A DNA stretch of 64,000 bases from Bacillota bacterium (lineage in GTDB: Bacteria > Bacillota > UBA994). The stretch is from the NCBI GenBank assembly GCA_009773495.1, contig WSXW01000008.1, positions 64,050 to 128,049 of the forward strand, read 5' to 3'. The translations under genes and the position numbers were made by a program. This document shows positions 20,979-30,132 of the stretch, one piece after another. Each line of letters begins with the position of its first letter. Position 1 is the stretch's first letter. The notes under the pieces are model-generated. The model was not told the DNA's origin. It did not search any database and worked only from the letters and a program-made list of their open reading frames with translations.

Positions 20979-22367
20979 ATGGAGATTACATTAATTGGAT
21001 TTATTTTAATGCCTTTTGGTGTCCTGTTGTTTTTATTTAAACCGGGCTGGCTATTTTATTCATTTATATTTTTTATACCGTTTTTTGCCACTGCTGTCCT
21101 TAATGTGCAGAGCATTTCCTTTGGCGTTACTCCCGCACATTTTTTTGCCTTGCTCTGGGTTACAAGAAGGATTATTGATAATTTAACGGGGAAAGCTTTT
21201 TATCTCCATAAGAAAAGCAACGTTGTCCTTGGCTCATTGCTGTTGTTTCTGTTTGTTATTTCTCTGTCCCTGATAATGCCGGTTGTAATCGCAGGCGAAA
21301 CAGAGGTTTATAAAGGTAATCCTTTAATGCTTGCTCCTGTTGCTCATGAATTTACTTTTAGCAATGTTTCCGTATTTTTGTTTCTGGCGTTTGCTGTTCT
21401 GATGACGATATTTGTTTCTTTGGAAATAAATAGTCCAGAAAAATTTAAACGCTCCATAAAAGTCTTTTTAATATCAGCATTTACAGTAAGCATCTGGGGT
21501 TTCTTGCAATTGCTGACTCACTATGCCGGCCTACCTTATCCTGCTTTTCTGTTTAACAACAGCATCAGCGATGCTATTGTGTCAGGACCGATTGCTGAAG
21601 CGGAAGGAGCATCAAGGATCTTTTCCGTTACTCCGGAGCCCTCGGTGTTTGCCCGTTACTTGCTGGCGGGTTTACCTTTGGCTTTAATTCTGATGATAAA
21701 AAAGATAAAGGTTTTTAGCAGCGCTTTTATTTTACCTTGTTTTGTTTTTGCTTATATCTTGGCATTAATCCTCACCGTTTCTACCTCGGCCTACTTTGGT
21801 CTGGGTTTTATGGCCATAGCAGCATTTTTCTTTTTAAGAAGATATAAGGATTTAAGCCCTTTTTTAAGAATAGCTGCGATGTTTCTATTGGCTTTAGGGG
21901 CGGTTGTTTCTGTTAATCCGGAGATGTTTGATAATACTTTGCAAATGACTGTTTTTAAAGCACTGACTTTTTCAGGAATGGAAAGAATCTTTGCTTTCCA
22001 GGAGGCGTTAGGACTGTTTTCAGCATATCCTTTGCTTGGCGTTGGCTGGGGCAGCAATGCTTCATTTGACCTGATAAGTTATCTATTAGCAAATAGCGGC
22101 CTATTTGGCGCTCTTTGTTTTGCTTTGTTTGTGTTGTCAGCCTATAAGCACTTTCGTTGGTTACAAAAAAATAACAATATAGGATTTGAAACCAAAGCAT
22201 ATACAGACGGCATAGGTTTGAGTTTATTGACAGGTATATTTTTAAACTTAACAGGAGGACTTGACTTAGTGTTCTTACATCTTTGGTTTTTATTGGGGTT
22301 GATGCTTTCTTTGTCTAAAATTATAAGTCTGCAAACTACTAAAGATAGAGGTTACAATGAAATATAA
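20979..22367 (+). CDS. Wzy-like O-antigen polymerase/ligase-family integral membrane protein
   Basis: 462 aa with at least 10 TM helices and a central periplasmic loop, positioned between GT genes. Confidence 0.6.
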   Translation: MEITLIGFILMPFGVLLFLFKPGWLFYSFIFFIPFFATAVLNVQSISFGVTPAHFFALLWVTRRIIDNLTGKAFYLHKKSNVVLGSLLLFLFVISLSLIMPVVIAGETEVYKGNPLMLAPVAHEFTFSNVSVFLFLAFAVLMTIFVSLEINSPEKFKRSIKVFLISAFTVSIWGFLQLLTHYAGLPYPAFLFNNSISDAIVSGPIAEAEGASRIFSVTPEPSVFARYLLAGLPLALILMIKKIKVFSSAFILPCFVFAYILALILTVSTSAYFGLGFMAIAAFFFLRRYKDLSPFLRIAAMFLLALGAVVSVNPEMFDNTLQMTVFKALTFSGMERIFAFQEALGLFSAYPLLGVGWGSNASFDLISYLLANSGLFGALCFALFVLSAYKHFRWLQKNNNIGFETKAYTDGIGLSLLTGIFLNLTGGLDLVFLHLWFLLGLMLSLSKIISLQTTKDRGYNEI

Positions 22368-23376
22368 GGTTGTTCTCATAACCGGGTCATATCCGCCTGA
22401 TACCTGTGGAGTAGGTGATTATACCGCATCACTTGTGGCCGCCTTGCAAAAATGTGGGACCAATGTTGAAGTTCTGCACAATCATAAATGGCATCTATCC
22501 TGTTTAAATCAGATTATTAAACATTTAAATTCTCTCAAACCTGATATTGTGCATATTCAATATCCAACAGTAGGTTATGGAAATAGTTTAACACCCCATA
22601 TATTAAGCCTTTTTAAAAACAAGGTAATTACGATACATGAAATCAGCCAAGCACATATTCTGCGCAGATTGTCGTTGTATTTTTTTTCCATGCGATCGGA
22701 ACACTTAATATTCACCAATCAGTTTGAACTTGATTATGCAAAAAGATGGGCGCCATGGATATCAAGACGCGCAAGTGTTATACCCGTTGGAAGCAGTATA
22801 CCAGCCGGTCACGCATCTAAACGAGATATTAAAGATATTATTTACTTTGGCTTGATAGGTCCCAAAAAAGGTCTCGATGATTTTTTGAGCCTAGCTACAT
22901 TAATTAAAAAGGAAAATCTGAATCTGCAGCTTCGCATCATAGGCTTGCCAAATCCAAAGTGGCCTGACTATCTTGAGTACATTTATAAGAAAGCCGGCAA
23001 TCTGCCTATATCACTGGAAATCGGTTTGCCAGAAAGAGATGTTGCTCAGTTACTATCACGTGCACAAATTGCTTATATGCCATTTCCTGACGGAGCGTCC
23101 GAGCGTCGGACATCATTAATGGCACTTTTGATTAATGGTGTAGCGACTATTACGACTTATGGGAAGCACACCCCTGAGAATTTTAAGAAGGCAGTTGCTT
23201 TTGCCCAATCTCCGGAGGATGCACTGGCGATAATTAAAAAACTCACTACTGATGCCCAGGAACGAGAAACCTTATCTATTAATGGAAAGCGGTGTGCTGA
23301 AAGTTATAGTTGGGATAATATTGCTCAGAAGCATATACAAATTTACGAAATATTTTTCTCGAAAAGTCTGAGATGA
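22357..23376 (+). CDS. glycosyltransferase (GT4/GT1-like)
   Basis: 339 aa with a GT-B pattern (Rossmann-like halves; FPDGASE). Confidence 0.65.
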   Translation: MKYKVVLITGSYPPDTCGVGDYTASLVAALQKCGTNVEVLHNHKWHLSCLNQIIKHLNSLKPDIVHIQYPTVGYGNSLTPHILSLFKNKVITIHEISQAHILRRLSLYFFSMRSEHLIFTNQFELDYAKRWAPWISRRASVIPVGSSIPAGHASKRDIKDIIYFGLIGPKKGLDDFLSLATLIKKENLNLQLRIIGLPNPKWPDYLEYIYKKAGNLPISLEIGLPERDVAQLLSRAQIAYMPFPDGASERRTSLMALLINGVATITTYGKHTPENFKKAVAFAQSPEDALAIIKKLTTDAQERETLSINGKRCAESYSWDNIAQKHIQIYEIFFSKSLR

Positions 23377-23411
23377 TTCATAATTAACATGTGAAAGGAT
23401 AGTCATAATAT

Positions 23412-24536
23412 ATGAAAGTTCTTCAGATATCCAAACTATATTTCCCTCATATCGGCGGCGTGGAGAAGGTTGTGCAGGACATCGCTGAAGGCTTGGCGAA
23501 TAAAGTCGATATGAATGCCCTTGTTTGTCAACCAAAAGGGAAAGGAAAAAGGGAAATTACTAATGGCATCAGGGTTATACGAGCAGGCAGCTTTGGAATT
23601 TATTTTTCTATGCCTGTTTCTTTAAGCTTTCCGTTCATATTAAAAAAAATAGGCAAAGAATTTGACATATTACATTTTCATATGCCGTTTCCTTTAGCCG
23701 ATTTATCTTATTTGTGGGCAAAGCCACAAGGGAAGGTCGTTGTTTGGTGGCATAGCGATATTGTGAAGCAAAGGAATTTGTTGAGAGTCTATAAGCCATT
23801 CATGATGCGATTCTTAAATAAAGCGCACAAAATCATTGTTGCTACACCTCGGCATATAGAAAGCTCCCCTTTCTTAAAAAATTTCAGAGATAAATGCGTA
23901 GTAATCCCTTTCGGAATAGATTTAACCCGATTCAGATTGAACGATAAGAACAGAGAAAAAATCATGAGTATTGGTGATATGTATGGCTCAAAAATAATCT
24001 TATTTGTTGGAAGGCTTATTTACTATAAGGGCGTGGAGTACCTTGTTGAGGCAATGAAGAAAGTTGACGCCAAATTGCTATTAGTTGGTGAGGGGCATTT
24101 AAAAGAGAGTTTAATCAACTTAGCAGATAAGATTGGGATTAGAGACAAGATTGTTTTTATAGGCAGGATTGATGACGAAGACCTCATTCATTATTATCAT
24201 GCCTGCAGTGTTTTTGTACTGCCTTCTATTGCCAACAGTGAGGCATTTGGGATTGTTCAGCTTGAAGCAATGGCATGTGGAAAGCCTGTAGTAAACACTG
24301 AGCTTCCTACCGGTGTTCCGTGGGTTAGTGTTCATGGAGAAACTGGTATCACGGTTCCTCCAAGAGACTCATCGGCATTGGCTGACGCTCTAAACGTTTT
24401 GCTCAACGATGCAGATTTGTGTGAGAAATATGGCCAAAATGCCCGAAAAAGAGTGGAAGAAGAATTTACGATGGAATTGATGATGGATAGAATTTTATCA
24501 GTTTATAAGCAGGTGACAGATAATAAAACTAAGTGA
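23412..24536 (+). CDS. glycosyltransferase family 4
   Basis: 374 aa GT4 protein (LFVGRLIYYKGVEYL, LPSIANSEAFGIVQLEAMACGKPVV). Confidence 0.8.
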   Translation: MKVLQISKLYFPHIGGVEKVVQDIAEGLANKVDMNALVCQPKGKGKREITNGIRVIRAGSFGIYFSMPVSLSFPFILKKIGKEFDILHFHMPFPLADLSYLWAKPQGKVVVWWHSDIVKQRNLLRVYKPFMMRFLNKAHKIIVATPRHIESSPFLKNFRDKCVVIPFGIDLTRFRLNDKNREKIMSIGDMYGSKIILFVGRLIYYKGVEYLVEAMKKVDAKLLLVGEGHLKESLINLADKIGIRDKIVFIGRIDDEDLIHYYHACSVFVLPSIANSEAFGIVQLEAMACGKPVVNTELPTGVPWVSVHGETGITVPPRDSSALADALNVLLNDADLCEKYGQNARKRVEEEFTMELMMDRILSVYKQVTDNKTK

Positions 24537-24547
24537 GGTGTTATATC

Positions 24548-25606
24548 ATGAAAAAGGCATTAATCACAGGCATCAGGGGTCAGGACGGAGCATATCTGGC
24601 TCAATTATTGCTTGAGAAGGGCTGCGAGGTTTACGGTGCTGACAGAAGAAGCGGGGATTCTGGCAACTGGAGATTGAAGGAACTTGGCATCGAAAAAGAT
24701 GTAAAGATTGTTTACATGGATTTATTAGAGCTTACTAATATTATGCGGGTAATTGAAAAAATAAAGCCGGATGAGGTCTATAACCTTGCAGCTCAGAGCT
24801 TTGTGCAGACAGCCTTTGAACAGCCGATCCTCACATCCGATATTGATGCAATCGGGGTTTTAAGACTCCTTGAGACAATAAGGACAATAAAACCTGACGC
24901 TAAATTTTATCAGGCTTCTTCAAGCGAAATGTTTGGAAGGGTTCAGGAAACACCTCAAACTGAAAAAACACCATTTTATCCAAGAAGTCCTTATGGAGTA
25001 TCTAAGCTTTTCGGGCATTGGATAACCGTCAATTACAGAGAATCTTATAATATGTTTGCATGTTCTGGAATTTTATTTAATCACGAGTCCCCATTAAGAG
25101 GCTTAGAGTTTGTAACGAGAAAGATTACATATGGTATAGCAAGGATAAAATATGGTCTTCGTGACAAAATTGTTCTTGGCAATTTAGATTCTAAAAGGGA
25201 CTGGGGATTTGCAAAGGAATATGTAGAAGGAATGTGGCTGATGCTACAGCAGGAAGGGCCAGATGATTATGTTTTAGCAACGAACGAAGCGCACAGTGTA
25301 AAAGAGTTTGTTGAGAATGCCTTCAAAGCTGCTGAATACAGTATTGCATGGGAAGGTGAAGGCGTAAATACAAAATGTATAGATAAAAAAACAGGAAAGA
25401 TTTTAGTAGAGATTTCACCTGAATTTTACAGACCAGCAGAGGTGGATATACTAATCGGCGACCCATCAAAGGCAAAAGAAAAGCTCGGTTGGAAGCCTGT
25501 AACTAAATTTGCGGATTTAGTAGGAATTATGGTTGAGGCTGACTTGGAAAAAGTTGGTATGGAAAAAAGGACAGGCTATTTTAATGAAACTGGTGGGAAT
25601 AGATAG
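24548..25606 (+). CDS. gmd: GDP-mannose 4,6-dehydratase
   Basis: MKKALITGIRGQDGAYLAQLLLEKG and ASSSEMFG motifs. RBS gaggtg. The ORF track starts 15 nt earlier. Confidence 0.9.
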   Translation: MKKALITGIRGQDGAYLAQLLLEKGCEVYGADRRSGDSGNWRLKELGIEKDVKIVYMDLLELTNIMRVIEKIKPDEVYNLAAQSFVQTAFEQPILTSDIDAIGVLRLLETIRTIKPDAKFYQASSSEMFGRVQETPQTEKTPFYPRSPYGVSKLFGHWITVNYRESYNMFACSGILFNHESPLRGLEFVTRKITYGIARIKYGLRDKIVLGNLDSKRDWGFAKEYVEGMWLMLQQEGPDDYVLATNEAHSVKEFVENAFKAAEYSIAWEGEGVNTKCIDKKTGKILVEISPEFYRPAEVDILIGDPSKAKEKLGWKPVTKFADLVGIMVEADLEKVGMEKRTGYFNETGGNR

Positions 25607-25700
25607 GGATTGCACAGTCCGGCCGGGGGAAGCGCACTCCTAGGCTTAGTGCGGAGGGCGGTAATGAAACGAAGGCTGGCAGCAAGTTAGGAGGCAAAAA

Positions 25701-27146
25701 ATGACGATCATAGCCGTGATCATGGCCGGTGGGCGGGGAGAACGCCTGTGGCCGAAGAGTACAGCCAACAGGCCTAAACAATTCCAGAGCTTTGCAGGGG
25801 GGAAAACTCTCCTGCAGGAAGCGGCTGAGCGTATCAGCCACTTGGTGCCTTGGAGCCAAGTCTACGTTGTTACCGGGCGGCAGTACTCGGCAACGGTTTA
25901 CAGCCAGCTCCCTAGCGTCCCAAAGGAAAATGTAATCTTGGAGCCAGTAGGTCGTGATACCGCTCCTTGCATCGGTTATGCCGCGCTTCACGTAGAAAAG
26001 AAGTTTCCTGGGGCTACGATGTTAGTCTTGCCCGCCGACCACTATGTTGGTGATGACGAAGAATTTGTAGATATCCTCAAAGCAGCCACAGAAGCGGCCC
26101 AAAGGGATCACGCCCTTGTCACCGTAGGGCTTAAGCCCACTCGACCGGAAACAGGTTACGGATATATTCAAGTGGGTCTGGAGACATGCCGTTTTGGACA
26201 TCGACTGCTGCATCGGGTTAGCCGCTTTGTCGAGAAGCCGCCTTTCGAACGGGCAGTGCGGCTGTACCAGGACGGGCAACACCTTTGGAATAGTGGGATG
26301 TTTATCTGGCGTGTGGAGGTGATCCGTTCAGCGATTGCCCTGTACCTGCCGGAACTTCACCAAGGGCTTGAGGAGATTAAAGTTGCAGTCGGTACACCAG
26401 CTGAACAGGCTGTGGTGGAACAGCTCTTTCCCCGTTTGCCCAAGGTCTCTATCGACTTCGGGGTAATGGAGAAGGCGGACCGGGTGCTTGTGGTTCCGGC
26501 ATCGTTCCCCTGGGACGATCTAGGCAACTGGGTCGCCCTTGACCGCGCCTCTTCCCGGGGTGATGCTGGCAATAACCTGTCGGGCCAAGTCGGCACCATT
26601 GATACCCATAACTCTATCATCCATGATGACGACGGAATTACTGTGACGGTCGGTGTTAAGGATTTAATTATTGTGCGTTCGGGTGGGTCTCTGCTGGTCT
26701 GTGACAAGGCTCGGGCGCAGGATGTGAAGAAGGCTGCGGCCTTGGCCGACGAACTGGGAGGAGACCCAGACTACCCGGTGGACTACCGGATAGTCGAGAA
26801 ACCATGGGGCCGGGAAATTTGGTGGGGCGTCACCGAGGCCTACGTTGGCAAGATTCTGGAGGTCAGGGCCGGGCACAGCCTCAGCCTCCAATACCATCGC
26901 CAGAAGCTGGAGACTATGTTTTTTCAGAAGGGCCGAGGTACGCTCATCCTTGACGAAAAGGAGCTGACGATTCAGCCAGGGATGGCGGTGACGATCCGGC
27001 CCGGGACTGTACACAAGATTGTTGCCGAGAGCGATCTTACCATCCTAGAGGTATCGACTACGGAGCTGGATGATGTGGTGAGGTTGCAGGATACGTATGG
27101 ACGGGCGCAGACCGAAGTGCCGGTAACGCCCGAACCGCAAAAATAA
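25701..27146 (+). CDS. manC: mannose-1-phosphate guanylyltransferase / mannose-6-phosphate isomerase (bifunctional, C-terminal cupin)
   Basis: 481 aa with an N-terminal nucleotidyltransferase (IMAGGRGERLWP) and a C-terminal cupin. RBS taggagg. Confidence 0.85.
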   Translation: MTIIAVIMAGGRGERLWPKSTANRPKQFQSFAGGKTLLQEAAERISHLVPWSQVYVVTGRQYSATVYSQLPSVPKENVILEPVGRDTAPCIGYAALHVEKKFPGATMLVLPADHYVGDDEEFVDILKAATEAAQRDHALVTVGLKPTRPETGYGYIQVGLETCRFGHRLLHRVSRFVEKPPFERAVRLYQDGQHLWNSGMFIWRVEVIRSAIALYLPELHQGLEEIKVAVGTPAEQAVVEQLFPRLPKVSIDFGVMEKADRVLVVPASFPWDDLGNWVALDRASSRGDAGNNLSGQVGTIDTHNSIIHDDDGITVTVGVKDLIIVRSGGSLLVCDKARAQDVKKAAALADELGGDPDYPVDYRIVEKPWGREIWWGVTEAYVGKILEVRAGHSLSLQYHRQKLETMFFQKGRGTLILDEKELTIQPGMAVTIRPGTVHKIVAESDLTILEVSTTELDDVVRLQDTYGRAQTEVPVTPEPQK

Positions 27147-27285
27147 GCAGTGAAGCAAAGCGGTGGGGACGGAGCCTATTGCTTTCAGGGCGGTCGCTAA
27201 TCTGTTATATGAAATGCAGTTCGTTTTAGCCTAACAAGCATTTATAACATACATGTTCAATTATGATATTCCTCAAATACTTTCA

Positions 27286-28533
27286 TCAAGCAGTCTCCAT
27301 TTTCACGTTTGGCAAGACGAGAAGAGCAACAAGAAAAGCACACACGATACCAGCAGCTCCCACAATAAATACTAGTCTATGCGATTGTAGCCATAAGAAT
27401 CCGACCAAAATTGGTACAAGAGTCGCATTTATCCCGTCAATAGATGAAAGCAAACCCAAGACAAACTGAGCGTTGCTTTCAGGGAAACAATCAAAGAAAT
27501 ATGAGAATGATATAGGGGCAAATACATCCTTTAATCCAGTAATAAGATAAGCTATAACAAAGAATACAGTGCTGCCCGTGAACGCAAAAGTCAAGGCAGG
27601 TATTAAGTCTATGAAAATATCAATAAGATATATCAGTTTCCTACTCCTCATATCAAAGAAGTACCCCAGTACCAGGCCCAAGATAGCGTTCACAATCGTT
27701 GTAAATCCCACCAAAGTCAACAGTCTTGAAACGTCAAATCCAAGCTGAAGGCCGAGTAACGGTAAGAAACGTACCGAGATGTTATAAATAGAGGTAAAAA
27801 CGTTTATGAGAACAAACGCCCAGAATACTCTCTTCTTCAAAACAGCACTCAGTGTAAGCTCATCGCTTCCATTTTTCTTAACGTCATCTGACATAGTCTT
27901 GTCTGAATGAGTAGCATTATTATTTTCAGTTATCTGATCGGATAAAATGCTCTTTGTTCTCATAATAAAAATGACTAAGCAAGTTAGAACGAAGAGGGAA
28001 GAAAAAATGAAGTACAACTTCAAAATACTAAATCTCGTAGTCAAGAATCCACCAGCTAATAGACCAACCGAAATAGCACCAAAAAGAAAAAAATCACGCA
28101 GTGCAAAATATTTGCTCCGATTCCCACTTTCTATTACTGTGTTAATTTTATTTCCTATTGAGTAATTAAAGATTACCCTTGATAGTAAGATCATATAACA
28201 AAACACAAAAACAAGCCAAGCAGGTAGCAAATCCAAACGTAGCATTATCGCACCTAAGAATCCTATGAGTGAACCTAATGTTCCAAGTGCATATGCGCCG
28301 AACTTTTTTATTGAAAGGTAAGCAATTATCGTAGGAGCAAAAATAAAAGTAAATGAAACGATTGATAAAAAGATCCCGTAGGTCGCTTCAGACAATCCGT
28401 GATAGGCAATAACTAGAGGAACTGCTTTTTCGAGAGGCCCGCTTGCTAGGAAGAATAGCGCATACAACAAAAAGAAGTACTTATATCTTTTGCCTGCAAA
28501 TACTTTGTATGAATTTATGAAGTTTGTTAACAC
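27286..28533 (-). CDS. MFS transporter
   Basis: 415 aa with 12 predicted TM helices. Strongly AT-rich (about 33% GC) relative to flanks. Confidence 0.7.
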   Translation of the reverse strand: MLTNFINSYKVFAGKRYKYFFLLYALFFLASGPLEKAVPLVIAYHGLSEATYGIFLSIVSFTFIFAPTIIAYLSIKKFGAYALGTLGSLIGFLGAIMLRLDLLPAWLVFVFCYMILLSRVIFNYSIGNKINTVIESGNRSKYFALRDFFLFGAISVGLLAGGFLTTRFSILKLYFIFSSLFVLTCLVIFIMRTKSILSDQITENNNATHSDKTMSDDVKKNGSDELTLSAVLKKRVFWAFVLINVFTSIYNISVRFLPLLGLQLGFDVSRLLTLVGFTTIVNAILGLVLGYFFDMRSRKLIYLIDIFIDLIPALTFAFTGSTVFFVIAYLITGLKDVFAPISFSYFFDCFPESNAQFVLGLLSSIDGINATLVPILVGFLWLQSHRLVFIVGAAGIVCAFLVALLVLPNVKMETA

Positions 28534-28649
28534 ATTTCCCCCTGCCTTTTTTACAGTATATTACAATAGCTCGTCAAAGTTTCTGTTCTGTGCTCTGGCA
28601 ATGTTCCTGAGCCTAGCTCTAACAGAGGCTGCCATATTCTTGGGGTTGT

Positions 28650-29252
28650 TCATAATAGCACCTCGAAGTAGGTTTTTACTGGGCCGTAAATACGCATCTT
28701 CTTAGCATATTCAGTGAGGAGCTTGATGTTTATCTGTGGTTTGCCAACGTAATTGCCCAGAATCTCCTTCACTAGATCGAGTCCTATCCTATTTCTATGA
28801 ACAATCGCGTCGCAGACGGTTTTCTCAAGGTCGTATACCATGACCACTGAGTTTCCTTCTTGAGCGGATGTAATACCCGTGTTGTAGCGCACATCATTAT
28901 ATTTCACGACCTTGATTTTGGGATAGGGTGGAAGGGATGGTATTCGCATATGTCGAGGGACTGCAAGGGTATGTTGCTTCGGAATATAGGTGCTGAGCTC
29001 CCAATAAGCAAACGCTGAGTAGAGGCAGAAGACACCGGCTGGGACAATCTGAGCTACTTCTGCCATTTCGCTATATTCGATACTGCTTTCTACCCATCGA
29101 TAGAGGCCTCGCTTAATACGTTGTATTTCACCATCAATGATTAGATTACTTATGTCATAGTCGCTAAGTCCGCATTCTTTGAGAGCGCTGGTGGGCAAAT
29201 GAACTATTTTATTCCTAAGGGCTCTGATTGCACGTAGTTTCTCGTCGTTCAC
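28650..29252 (-). CDS. AbiEi-like antitoxin/transcriptional regulator (COG5340 family), orphan (no AbiEii partner)
   Basis: 200 aa. GVFCLYSAFAYWELSTYIPKQHTLAVPR matches the AbiEi consensus. An AbiEii gene would be expected at lower coordinates, where the MFS gene lies instead. Confidence 0.6.
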   Translation of the reverse strand: MNDEKLRAIRALRNKIVHLPTSALKECGLSDYDISNLIIDGEIQRIKRGLYRWVESSIEYSEMAEVAQIVPAGVFCLYSAFAYWELSTYIPKQHTLAVPRHMRIPSLPPYPKIKVVKYNDVRYNTGITSAQEGNSVVMVYDLEKTVCDAIVHRNRIGLDLVKEILGNYVGKPQINIKLLTEYAKKMRIYGPVKTYFEVLL

Positions 29253-29649
29253 TAGCCATCTTTCCTTTCTATTGATACGGTCATTATATCCGTCAATCTG
29301 CGGTCAGGCAATACAGTCAGCATTTGGCCACTTTGGGGGAGCGGAAACAATCAATGACCGCTGTGATCGAGAATTAAGGTGTCAAACAAGGTGTCAAGCT
29401 CTCTTCCAAAAACGTCGGCGGCACGGATGCTATTGACAGCTATCCACTCTATATGGCGATGTTTCTATAGGTCAGAGGCGTATGGTCATGTAGCACGAGG
29501 TTTCTGGGCGTGTACAACCTTGACTAAGCGTGCCCACGGATGTTAGTGTAAAGGTAATAATTGGTGAGCCCGAGAGGAGGAAAGTCGATGAGATTACGTG
29601 AGTTGCTCACCGTGGCGAGGACTCCTTTCGCAACGATGAGCTTATCTAG

Positions 29650-29901
29650 GTGTATGTAGTCCACAACCTGCAAATATTGGGCGAGGCAGCATACAAGCTC
29701 CCCTTGGAATACAAGGAGGCTAATCCAGACATACCGTGGCATAGTTTGGTGGGTATGCGGCACATCTTGGTACACAATTATTTCCATGTTGACCTAGATA
29801 TTGTTTGGGCTGTGGTAACCAACGAACTACCAAGCCTAAAGGCTCAGGTCCAACGTTTGCTTAATCATTTGAAGAGCAGACTGGCAGACGTGTCTCAGTA
29901 A
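29650..29901 (+). pseudogene. HepT/DUF86 nucleotidyltransferase-substrate-binding toxin fragment (N-terminally truncated)
   Basis: MRHILVHNYFHVDLDIVWAVV matches the HepT R-x4-H-x-Y motif region. Begins directly after an in-frame stop; no MntA partner recognised. Confidence 0.5.
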
Positions 29902-30132
29902 GTTTGTGGGAGAAGGCAAATGGCAACCTACACTGCAAGCCTGTGCGCGTGGGAATGTATCTGACATAATAGTGACAACCCCGACAAAATGTCGGGGTTG
30001 TCGACATATTTCGACTATTTTCGCGGAATATGTCTTGTATAATTGGTGATACCGCTTGCCCCTAGGGGGCTGAGCAGGATTTTTGGGCTTTGTCGGAGAA
30101 TATTTCGGATATTAAGATTAGGAGGCGTCGAG

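Noticed and set aside
29524-29787. 87-aa minus-strand ORF overlapping the HepT fragment
   Set aside because: No homology or RBS, and it overlaps a frame with a recognisable DUF86 motif on the other strand.
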